In this document: piece by piece, positions 18,695 to 26,386 of the stretch | Numbering within the stretch: position 1 is the first letter of the stretch | Layout: every line of letters begins with the position of its first letter | Source of the DNA: an archaeon | Lineage (GTDB): Archaea > Undinarchaeota > Undinarchaeia > Undinarchaeales > JBDRKL01 | Assembly (NCBI GenBank): GCA_043814055.1 | Contig: JBDRKL010000010.1 | Span: 1-64,000 of the forward strand | Length of the DNA: 64,000 nucleotides | Reading direction: 5' to 3' | Translations under genes and position numbers: made by a program | Notes under the pieces: generated by a model | What the model was told of the DNA's origin: nothing | Seen by the model: the letters and a program-made list of their open reading frames with translations, nothing else | Database searches by the model: none

Positions 18695-18749
18695 TGGAGC
18701 AGGAGACAACGCACAGACCTTGCAATTGGTTACTGTGCGAGCCTCCTGC
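18695..18749 (-). ncRNA. tRNA-Cys-like armless hairpin, copy 1
   Basis: GCAGGAGGCUCGCACAGUAACCAAUUGCAAGGUCUGUGCGUUGUCUCCUGCUCCA; acceptor stem identical to the neighbouring tRNA-Cys, UCCA end. Confidence 0.7.
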
Positions 18750-18772
18750 TTTTGCTGTGCCTTTTATGAGAA

Positions 18773-18846
18773 AGCAGGAGATGGGATTTGAACCCATATA
18801 AATGCGCTCTGCAGGCGCACGCATGACCGAATTTTGCTACTCCTGC
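18773..18846 (-). tRNA. tRNA-Cys(GCA)
   Basis: Acceptor GCAGGAG/CUCCUGC with U73, D arm GCA/UGC with GG, anticodon arm UGCGC-CUGCAGA-GCGCA, T arm AUGGG-UUCAAAU-CCCAU. CCA is not encoded. Confidence 0.92.
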
Positions 18847-18849
18847 GTG

Positions 18850-19025
18850 CTCCGCCGAATTGCGGAGGATAATTGCGCTGCACAAGTTTGTGAAGATACA
18901 GCGCTACCGGGTCAGTTGCCCGGCATCTCAGCTCATAGTTCTGAAATCACTAACAATTAATTGCTGAGAACTATAGAGGTTAACCTATGCTTGCCTTACT
19001 GGCTACAGCAACAACCGCACAGGTT
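18850..19025 (-). promoter_or_regulatory. Structured leader with five consecutive hairpins upstream of tRNA-Cys
   Basis: Stems found by eye at 19025-18982, 18978-18932, 18924-18906, 18904-18875 and 18867-18850. Confidence 0.6.
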
Positions 19026-19034
19026 TCTCTTCAT
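18996..19034 (-). CDS. Cys-rich leader peptide MKRNLCGCCCSQ
   Basis: ATG AAG AGA AAC CTG TGC GGT TGT TGC TGT AGC CAG TAA; the ATG is 29 nt downstream of the first T of TTTATA (19063-19058). Confidence 0.75.
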   Translation of the reverse strand: MKRNLCGCCCSQ

Positions 19035-19056
19035 TAGATTTCAAATGTACAGCACC

Positions 19057-19066
19057 CTATAAATAT
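19057..19066. promoter_or_regulatory. Candidate bidirectional TATA box
   Basis: CTATAAATAT lies about 29-30 nt from both ATG 19034 (-) and ATG 19088 (+). Confidence 0.55.
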
Positions 19067-19087
19067 CTGATGGTTCTAAGCTACAAC

Positions 19088-19276
19088 ATGCCCTGCGACA
19101 ACCAAGAAAACGCTGACTGCCCGTGCACATACTCCTGCGAAAAGCACGGCAAGTGCTGTGAGTGCCTGAAATATCACTTGGGTAGAAACGAGCTTCCAGC
19201 CTGCTGTTTCTCATCTGAAACGGAGAAAACTTATGACCGCTCCTTCCAAAAATTCGCAGAAGACAAAGGGCTCTAA
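19088..19276 (+). CDS. Small Cys-rich protein, DUF6485-like
   Basis: CPCTYSCEKHGKCCECLKYH...ELPACCF...EKTYDRS, recognised from memory of the family. Start 19088 preferred over 19070 on TATA spacing. Confidence 0.75.
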   Translation: MPCDNQENADCPCTYSCEKHGKCCECLKYHLGRNELPACCFSSETEKTYDRSFQKFAEDKGL

Positions 19277-19907
19277 ACCCAAAGTTATCTGCCTGTTCTC
19301 ATCCGGCATAGACAGCCCTGTAGCCGCGCACTTATTGCTTGAGCAGGGCATTGAAGTCATTCCTGTGTTCTGCTACAATTACCCGTATATGGACGAGGAA
19401 GAAATCCAGAATGTCAAGCTTCTCCTGCACACGCTCTCAAAGCTCCACAAGGTCAAGCTCACGGCATATATGATCAAGCACGGCCCGTCCCTGATGGAGT
19501 TCAGCGAGCACTGCGAGCCAAAGGCGATGTGCATTCTTTGCAAGCGGATGATGCTTCGCACTGCTGAGAAAATAGCTAAAAAAGAGAAAGCAATCGCAAT
19601 TATGACCGGTGAAAATCTCGGGCAGGTTGCGTCGCAAACTCTTGATAATTTAATTGTAAACCACGCAGCTGTAAAGCTTCCTGTGCTAACTCCGCTTCTC
19701 GGATTTGACAAGGAGGAGATTGTGCAGATTGCGAAGAAAATCAAGACCTACAACCACTCAATCGCGCCGACAAGCGGCTGCAGCGCAGTTCCAAGGTATC
19801 CTTTGACACACGCCCGGATTGAGCAAATTCAGGAAGAAGAGCGCAATGTGAATGTTAAAAAGCTGGTTGACGCGTCGTTCAAGAGCATCAAGGCGGTGAA
19901 ATATTGA
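19233..19907 (+). CDS. thiI: ThiI-family tRNA sulfurtransferase, PP-loop catalytic half
   Basis: SSGIDSPVAA, CILCKRMM, TGENLGQVASQTLDN, PLLGFDKEEI and a third Cys (GCSAVP). Confidence 0.88.
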   Translation: MTAPSKNSQKTKGSKPKVICLFSSGIDSPVAAHLLLEQGIEVIPVFCYNYPYMDEEEIQNVKLLLHTLSKLHKVKLTAYMIKHGPSLMEFSEHCEPKAMCILCKRMMLRTAEKIAKKEKAIAIMTGENLGQVASQTLDNLIVNHAAVKLPVLTPLLGFDKEEIVQIAKKIKTYNHSIAPTSGCSAVPRYPLTHARIEQIQEEERNVNVKKLVDASFKSIKAVKY

Positions 19908-20758
19908 AAAAGAAATCTGCTCCTAAACCAGAGCTGAAGCCAAGCACAATCCTTGTTCGCTTCGGTGAAATCGCCCTGAAGAGCCCAAGAGTCCGCCGCA
20001 AGTTCGCCAGCCGCTTGGTGGGTAATATGAGGCGAATGCTTCCTGGACATCCTAGGATAAAAAAGGAATGGAGCCGAGTATTTGTTGAAGCCGGCGACCC
20101 TGAAGTGCTCTCTGCGCTGACTAAAATATTCGGCATAGTCTCGGTTTCGCCTGCCTATGTGTGCGCGCCAACAATGCCTGAGATACAGAAGCTCGCGCTC
20201 AAATTGGCAAAAGAGCATATCAAAAAGACAGATTCATTTGCAATCCGCGCCCGCCGCGCAGGAACGCACAAGTTCACAAGCCAGGATATTGGAATAAAAA
20301 TTGGGGATGCAGTGCGCAAAGCATCAGGCGCCAAGGTCAATTTGGGAAAGCCAACAAAAGAGCTCTTCATAGAGGCGCGGCAGGACCACGCGTATGTGTT
20401 CATTGAGTCAATTAAGGCACCGGGCGGTCTGCCCTACGGCGTTGAAGGCAAAGTGCTTGGGCTTTACGAAGGCTCAGCTGAGTTCAAATTAGCAACTTAC
20501 CTGCTCGCGAAGCGCGGATGCGAGATTGAACTGCTCGGCAATGCTCCAGCTGATTTCATGAAAGAGTGGCTCGGCGGGGTCAAAGTGCATTCAAAAATGC
20601 CAAATGATGACAGATTAAAAGCAGTATACACCGCGGACACAATTAAAGACATTAAAAAGTTCGCAGCGTTTGACAAGAAATATGAGTTAGAAGTTTTCCG
20701 CCCACTGTTGGGTTTAAATGAATCTGCAATCAAGAAAGCTTTAGGAATACTCCACTAA
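19904..20758 (+). CDS. ThiI N-terminal/THUMP protein with degenerate PP-loop domain
   Basis: ILVRFGEIALKS, SFAIRARRAG and GPG-like APGGLPYGVEGK. SGGxDS is replaced by YEGSAE. TTG start overlaps the upstream stop. Confidence 0.8.
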   Translation: MKKKSAPKPELKPSTILVRFGEIALKSPRVRRKFASRLVGNMRRMLPGHPRIKKEWSRVFVEAGDPEVLSALTKIFGIVSVSPAYVCAPTMPEIQKLALKLAKEHIKKTDSFAIRARRAGTHKFTSQDIGIKIGDAVRKASGAKVNLGKPTKELFIEARQDHAYVFIESIKAPGGLPYGVEGKVLGLYEGSAEFKLATYLLAKRGCEIELLGNAPADFMKEWLGGVKVHSKMPNDDRLKAVYTADTIKDIKKFAAFDKKYELEVFRPLLGLNESAIKKALGILH

Positions 20759-21481
20759 GCTTGTCTTAAAAATTCTTTCTATATCCCGTACAATGCTCTT
20801 ATTGTCAATGCTGTTCGCGAGCCTCTGGGTTTTCCTGTAAATTTCAGCAGCTTCTTCCAGCTTTCCGAGCCGCTCAAGGCACTTCCCTTTCAGGTACATA
20901 TTCTGCGCGAGAATGTTTTTTATTTCAACTCCATACTTCTCTCGTATTTCTTTTTGAGGATCTTCTTCCACCCTATTGCTAATATCTTCTGCGCTTGCGC
21001 TTATTGCCCTGTAAATTTTGTAGGCTTCAGTATACTTTTTATCTGTGTACGCTTTAGTAGCTCTTGCCTTCAAATGCTCCACGCTCTGCTTCCAGTTCTC
21101 CATCAAATCCCTGTAAAGTTCATCAAAATCAGCGAATCCAAGGCCACCAAACTCTGTTTTCACAATATCCTTAATTGCAGCCGCGCCCAACAAAAGTGGA
21201 AAGTATCTCTTTAGTGTGAATATGTTTTTTAGCTCGCCAGCGCGTTTTTGCTCTCTTTTAATATAATCCTTTACAGTATCAAGCGTTTTCATGTATTCAA
21301 TTGGTTCATTGTTCTTGCAAAAAATTATGGCTCTCACGTGCTCTTTTATAGCCTCAAAATAATCAGAATCATCCTCCCTGCGCTTTGCCTCGTATAGTGC
21401 GTAACTCGGAGTTTTCTTGAGATTGTCAAGTGTCTCAAGCAATTTCTCAGTTGGTGTTTTTTTCTTTGGTCTCTGCGCCAT
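20741..21481 (-). CDS. Hypothetical helical protein with C-terminal TPR-like motif
   Basis: YLKGKCLERLGKLEEAAEIY. Confidence 0.65.
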   Translation of the reverse strand: MAQRPKKKTPTEKLLETLDNLKKTPSYALYEAKRREDDSDYFEAIKEHVRAIIFCKNNEPIEYMKTLDTVKDYIKREQKRAGELKNIFTLKRYFPLLLGAAAIKDIVKTEFGGLGFADFDELYRDLMENWKQSVEHLKARATKAYTDKKYTEAYKIYRAISASAEDISNRVEEDPQKEIREKYGVEIKNILAQNMYLKGKCLERLGKLEEAAEIYRKTQRLANSIDNKSIVRDIERIFKTSLVEYS

Positions 21482-21530
21482 TAGTCCTCGCGTTATCTTG
21501 AACTAAAACATATAAAACATTTCCCATTGC

Positions 21531-21962
21531 CTACTTCTTCTTTGCTACCAGATTCACGTTCTTCTCAATCTGGATGGTTGGAAGCTGCATCGGGGCAGGA
21601 AGCTTCATTTCCTTTGAAAGTACCAGAGCCTGTATTACAGAATTTCTGAGCGCCACGTTGCTGACCTCACTAAAAGCACCCTCATTAAACGTTACTTTTT
21701 TCTTTTCCTCTTTGATGTGCTTCTTCAGATCCTTATCGTGGAAAATTGCTCTGCCTTCTATGATAATGCTGCCTATCTCTGGCTCATATTTTGCTTTGTA
21801 CTCAAAACTGGCTACAACCACGTCTCCAAGCCCTGGGAGCTTCTCTTTCTTGATTCCTGTAAGCCCAAAGTTGCTGGAAACCTTTACGCCTTCCTTTACC
21901 TTTATATCCTTCATGTTTCGCTCTGTTGCGAGCTTGTCGTATATTAAATCAATTACTGGCAT
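21531..21962 (-). CDS. Conserved-looking archaeal hypothetical protein, possibly SecB-like fold
   Basis: SD GAGGTG; FEYKAKYEPEIGSIIIEG...LPAPMQLP pattern. Confidence 0.65.
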   Translation of the reverse strand: MPVIDLIYDKLATERNMKDIKVKEGVKVSSNFGLTGIKKEKLPGLGDVVVASFEYKAKYEPEIGSIIIEGRAIFHDKDLKKHIKEEKKKVTFNEGAFSEVSNVALRNSVIQALVLSKEMKLPAPMQLPTIQIEKNVNLVAKKK

Positions 21963-22004
21963 TTTAACACCTCGTGTGGTGCGCTTATTTGTATTGAGCA
22001 GTAT

Positions 22005-23765
22005 TTAAGCGTAGTGCTTATCGTAAAACGCTTTAATCTCCTCAACACTCGGCAGTTTGCAATTCTTCCAGACTTCTCGCACTGCCTTTAGCTTGTCATA
22101 ACCTTCCTGCCCCTTGAACACTTCCTCAAGGAATTCCGTCCGTTCCTTTATGTCCCGCTTTGCAAATTCAAGAATTTCATCAGCTGTATAATAGTTCAAC
22201 AGGTTGAACCGCTTTTTAAAATCCTTCATTCCGTGCACGTCCTCAAGCTCTTTTGGTTCAGGGATTAAATAGCCATAGACAGGATGCTTAACCCAGTTCT
22301 TTATCTTGCGGTGCTCAATCAGGTCAATGAGTCTTTTTGAATCTTCAACCTTGATTTTCTCACCTTTTTTCTGCTGGTCTCCATCTAATTTGGAATCTCC
22401 TACAAAGCCAGCGTTGTTTATAAAGAACATCAGCTTGTCCTCAAGACCCAAATCATTGTACATCTTAAGTTTGAGAAGCGCCTGTTCTGACTGTTCCCTG
22501 GACATAAAATCAGTTGCAGCATACGATCTTACCCGCGTCCCTGCCTTGCGCCCAGCCACTGCGCTCGTGATGATTGACTCGCATGCGCTGTCCAGTGCAA
22601 CTGCCATAATGGGGTTAGTGACTCTGAAAGCAGGCTCAAGCACATCAAAGCGCTTGAAGCTCAGAGTAATGGTTTTGAGCAGTTTCTTTTCTTTTCTCTT
22701 ATTCCAGCCAGGGTTTACCTCATTGAATCCAAATATGAATCTGCCATTCGTGGTGCCGCTCTTTTCATATTGAGTACACTGCAAATGTCCTGCTTCTCCT
22801 CGCGGAATTTTAACATCATCTTCAACAACATACTCAACTCCTTCACAATCAATATTCTGCGCAAGCACGATTGTTTTGCCGTCCTTTGATTTCATCAAGC
22901 CAACCCACTCTGGGCTCTTCTCGTCAAGCCCCTGTGACTTTGCATAGCTCGCAGCTTCCAGACCAATCAGCTCAACACCTACAATCTTTTCACCCTCATA
23001 AATCGGCTTGCCCAGGCAAGCATCGTCCTGCTCCAGCTTAGGTCCTACAGTGAGCGTGGTCTTCCCGGTTCCGCTCAGGCCTTTCAAAATTCTGTCTTTC
23101 GTGCAGCCGGCGTGATATGAAATGAATCCTTCTGCCTCTCCGCGGTTCCAGACCATTGTGAGGTTTGGCTTCTTGAACGCTCCGCCAAAGTAGTCAACAC
23201 CAAGCCCAAGCACTCTGCGCTTGTCTTGGTCTTCTTCAGTAAAATCGTAAAGCGTGAGCGGCTCATCTGCGTCATATTCAGACCAGACTGCCTTGATTTT
23301 TTTAACATACTCATCAGGCAAGCGCTCAGGAATTTGGTAGTTCCAGCAGTGAATATGCATATTGTTCTTCGGCGGAAATATCATTTTCTTGCCCATCCAC
23401 ACGATGTACGCGGACTGCGGGCGCTCTATGCTCAAAATTACCCGAACTCCAGTTTCATAACTTGCCTCGCCCTGCATGCCCTCAAGAACTATGACTTTTA
23501 CTTCTTTCAAATAGCGTAGCGCGATTTCAAAAATCTTTTTTCCAATTTCAACATCAAATTCTTTCTGCTTGTATCCAAGCTTATGCCCTTCTGGAGCCAT
23601 GTGAAACACCCGGTCCGGCCGTCGCCCCGGCTGTTTTGAGCCAAAGAGGTACTGCCCATCCGCTGTCTTGACATAATAATCCTTTAAAAAATCCCTGTAA
23701 AAATCATCATTAGGGTTGTGCGTGATGTTCTCATCCTTGAGCTCGTAACCCTTTTCTATCTCCAT
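22005..23765 (-). CDS. pckA: Divergent ATP-type phosphoenolpyruvate carboxykinase
   Basis: YFGGAFKK, YHAGC, GLSGTGKTTL, QDD, LEAASYAK and TTNGR align with PEPCK(ATP) motifs. Confidence 0.75.
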   Translation of the reverse strand: MEIEKGYELKDENITHNPNDDFYRDFLKDYYVKTADGQYLFGSKQPGRRPDRVFHMAPEGHKLGYKQKEFDVEIGKKIFEIALRYLKEVKVIVLEGMQGEASYETGVRVILSIERPQSAYIVWMGKKMIFPPKNNMHIHCWNYQIPERLPDEYVKKIKAVWSEYDADEPLTLYDFTEEDQDKRRVLGLGVDYFGGAFKKPNLTMVWNRGEAEGFISYHAGCTKDRILKGLSGTGKTTLTVGPKLEQDDACLGKPIYEGEKIVGVELIGLEAASYAKSQGLDEKSPEWVGLMKSKDGKTIVLAQNIDCEGVEYVVEDDVKIPRGEAGHLQCTQYEKSGTTNGRFIFGFNEVNPGWNKRKEKKLLKTITLSFKRFDVLEPAFRVTNPIMAVALDSACESIITSAVAGRKAGTRVRSYAATDFMSREQSEQALLKLKMYNDLGLEDKLMFFINNAGFVGDSKLDGDQQKKGEKIKVEDSKRLIDLIEHRKIKNWVKHPVYGYLIPEPKELEDVHGMKDFKKRFNLLNYYTADEILEFAKRDIKERTEFLEEVFKGQEGYDKLKAVREVWKNCKLPSVEEIKAFYDKHYA

Positions 23766-23837
23766 GTTTCAACATATGCACAAGTGCCTTAAATATTTTC
23801 ACAAATCTATTTAAGCAAGCTGAATTTATCTCAGCGC

Positions 23838-25013
23838 ATGAAAATACAAGAACGCGCGTCAAATATCAGTTATGCTATACGCGATTTAGCTGTTCCTGCA
23901 AGGGAGATTGAGGCGCAAGGCCACAAAGTTTTGAAGCTCAACATAGGCGACCCTGATGTTTACGATTTTGACGCTCCTTCTTTTATAGCAGACGCTGCTG
24001 TGCGCGCAATAAAGGGCAAGAAAAATTTTTACAGCCCGTCAGAGGGAATACCTGAAGTGCGGGACGCGATAGCAAAGCGCGAGTGCAAGTACAGAAAAGT
24101 CAATGTAACTGGCGATGACATACTTCCAACTGCAGGCGGCTCTGAAGCAATAAGCTTCCTACTTGGCTCTCTCACTGGCAACGGGGGCGAAGTCCTTATG
24201 CCTAATCCAGTGTATCCGCTCTACGCTTCCAAAACAAAGTATTACGGAGGCAAACCTGTTCTTTACAAATGCATTGAAGAAGACGCGTGGCAGCCTGACC
24301 TTGATGATATTCGCAAAAAAATCAGTAGCAGGACAAATGCAGTAGTCCTAATAAATCCAAATAATCCAACTGGTGCGGTCTATTCAAGAAAAATTATTAA
24401 GGGCATTGTTGACATCTGCGCTGAGAATAATGTCCCATTAATCAGCGATGAGGTGTATGACCTTTTAACATTTGACAAGGAATTCGTGAGCGCAGGCTCA
24501 GTTGCAAAAGACGCGTGCGTAATGCTGCTCGGCAGCCTGTCCAAGGTTTACTTCGCACCGGGCTGGCGCGCCGGCTACATAACTTTTCTAGGCGCTGGCA
24601 CTGAAGAGCTAAAGGATGTATGCAGGAGGATGAGCCGCCTCAGGCTGAGCATAAACACGCCGGCTGAATACGCAATGAAGGCAGCGATGCTCTCAGACCA
24701 CAAGTTCCTTAAGGCTAAACTGAATAAACTGCGCAGGCGCAGGGACTACTCATACAAGCGAATTTGCGAAATCCCCGGGCTGTCTGTTTCAAAGCCTGAG
24801 GGTGCGATGTATACGTTCCCCAAGATTGAGAATAACCCCTACAAGACGGACAAGGAATGGGTGCTTGGGCTCCTTCGGCAGAAGCACGTGCTGGTTGTGC
24901 ACGGCTCAGGCTTTGGCGGGGTTGATGACGGGCACTTCAGAACTGTGTTCCTGCCTAATATGGAAACTCTTGAGACGGCGTTTGAAAGGATTGAGGAGTT
25001 TGTGAAAGGGTAA
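23838..25013 (+). CDS. Class I/II PLP aminotransferase, AlaA-like
   Basis: SYAIRD, LNIGDP, INPNNPTG, SDEVYD and SLSKVYFAPGWRAG. Confidence 0.9.
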   Translation: MKIQERASNISYAIRDLAVPAREIEAQGHKVLKLNIGDPDVYDFDAPSFIADAAVRAIKGKKNFYSPSEGIPEVRDAIAKRECKYRKVNVTGDDILPTAGGSEAISFLLGSLTGNGGEVLMPNPVYPLYASKTKYYGGKPVLYKCIEEDAWQPDLDDIRKKISSRTNAVVLINPNNPTGAVYSRKIIKGIVDICAENNVPLISDEVYDLLTFDKEFVSAGSVAKDACVMLLGSLSKVYFAPGWRAGYITFLGAGTEELKDVCRRMSRLRLSINTPAEYAMKAAMLSDHKFLKAKLNKLRRRRDYSYKRICEIPGLSVSKPEGAMYTFPKIENNPYKTDKEWVLGLLRQKHVLVVHGSGFGGVDDGHFRTVFLPNMETLETAFERIEEFVKG

Positions 25014-25045
25014 TCTCTATTAATGACCTCTCCCCTACTCACATT

Positions 25046-25504
25046 ATGAACTACAAGATAATCCTTAATTATTTGCGCGCTTTTGTCGCTTTTATTGAAA
25101 AAGAAAACCTCGAGGACAAGTTCACCTTTGAAGTAAGCATAAGCCTGAAAAAACCAAAATTGAACCGCTACAACCTGCCCTCTGGGTATAGCGTATACGA
25201 CGATTCTAACAAACGCGGTAATATCGTTTATCTTCCTGCAGACGGCCGCACTCTCATACGCCTTGTCAAAAATTTGTTACACATCGGTATGGCCCCTGTA
25301 ATACTCCTAAAAGGAAAACAAGGCGTATTTTGCGAGGAGTGGGAAGTGTGCTTTTGGGACAGCAACACCGCGTGTGACGCCCTAAACTGCGGGCCTCCTG
25401 CTACCCCTTTACCAACTATGCCCAAAGGATGCACTCCAGACAAGTGGGGGTTATGCAAAAAGCTGAGCTCCAAACACCGGGAGTTGTGCGCTCTATACCA
25501 CTAA
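25046..25504 (+). CDS. Hypothetical protein
   Basis: 152-aa ORF filling the gap between convergent genes; no recognised motif. Confidence 0.5.
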   Translation: MNYKIILNYLRAFVAFIEKENLEDKFTFEVSISLKKPKLNRYNLPSGYSVYDDSNKRGNIVYLPADGRTLIRLVKNLLHIGMAPVILLKGKQGVFCEEWEVCFWDSNTACDALNCGPPATPLPTMPKGCTPDKWGLCKKLSSKHRELCALYH

Positions 25505-25516
25505 TTGCAAAAAATA

Positions 25517-26386
25517 TTATTTCTCTTTCTCCCAATTCTTGTCAATCTGCGCCTGTATCTGCGCAATCTGCTCTTCTGAAAGGTGCTTGAACCTGCGCTT
25601 CTGCATAGCGAAATAATCAGCAATCGGCTTCTTCGGCTCCGGCGGCTTCACAGTTACCCTGCGCTCGCCGTTCTCCTGCTCCCACATCTTCCACAGCCCG
25701 GTCTCAACAACCAGGCGCGAAATCTCAACAGTCTTGTTTGGAGCCAAGCCCCAGCCAGGCACGCACGGCGCGTAAACCAGTATGAATTTTGAGCCCTTGT
25801 GGGTCATAGCCTTCTTGATTTTTGCCTGGAAGTCAGGTAAATATCCGATTGAGGCAGTAGCTACGTAAGGAATCTCGTGCGCAGCCACTATATCCGCGAT
25901 TGGCTTCTTAAACTCGGTCTTGCCTTTTATCTCACTGCCGACCGGCGAAGTGGTTGTCCACGCGCCGAACGGGGTTGAACCGGAGCGCTGGATTCCAGTG
26001 TTCATGTATGCCTCGTTGTCATAGCACAAATACAAAACATCCTCGTTGCGTTCAAGCATCCCTGAGAGCGCGCCGAACCCGATATCATAAGTCGCACCGT
26101 CCCCTGCGATTACAGAAACTGTGGTGTGGTCGTTGCCCTGAGCGCGGAGCGAGTGCACGATTCCAGAAGCCACGGATGCAGTGTTCTCAAAGAGCGTGTG
26201 GATATAAGGGACATTGAAAGCGCTTCTTGGGTAGTTTGAGCTTATAATTTCTGAGCAGCCTGTTGCGTTAACTATGACTGTGTCTTTTCCTGTTGTCTTG
26301 ATGAAGTGCTTTATCGCAATGGCCATACCGCAGCCTGCGCACGCGGTGTGCCCGGATTCAAAAAGCTTTTTCTCTTTAGCTGCCAT
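25517..26386 (-). CDS. porB: Pyruvate/2-oxoacid:ferredoxin oxidoreductase beta subunit
   Basis: GHTACAGCG, ATGC, GDGATYDIG and DNEAYMNTGIQRS. Confidence 0.95.
   Translation of the reverse strand: MAAKEKKLFESGHTACAGCGMAIAIKHFIKTTGKDTVIVNATGCSEIISSNYPRSAFNVPYIHTLFENTASVASGIVHSLRAQGNDHTTVSVIAGDGATYDIGFGALSGMLERNEDVLYLCYDNEAYMNTGIQRSGSTPFGAWTTTSPVGSEIKGKTEFKKPIADIVAAHEIPYVATASIGYLPDFQAKIKKAMTHKGSKFILVYAPCVPGWGLAPNKTVEISRLVVETGLWKMWEQENGERRVTVKPPEPKKPIADYFAMQKRRFKHLSEEQIAQIQAQIDKNWEKEK

Noticed and set aside
18621-18749. The two hairpins as intrinsic terminators or T-box elements
   Set aside because: No U-tract follows them on the sense strand and I see no T-box UGGNACC motif or Stem I features.
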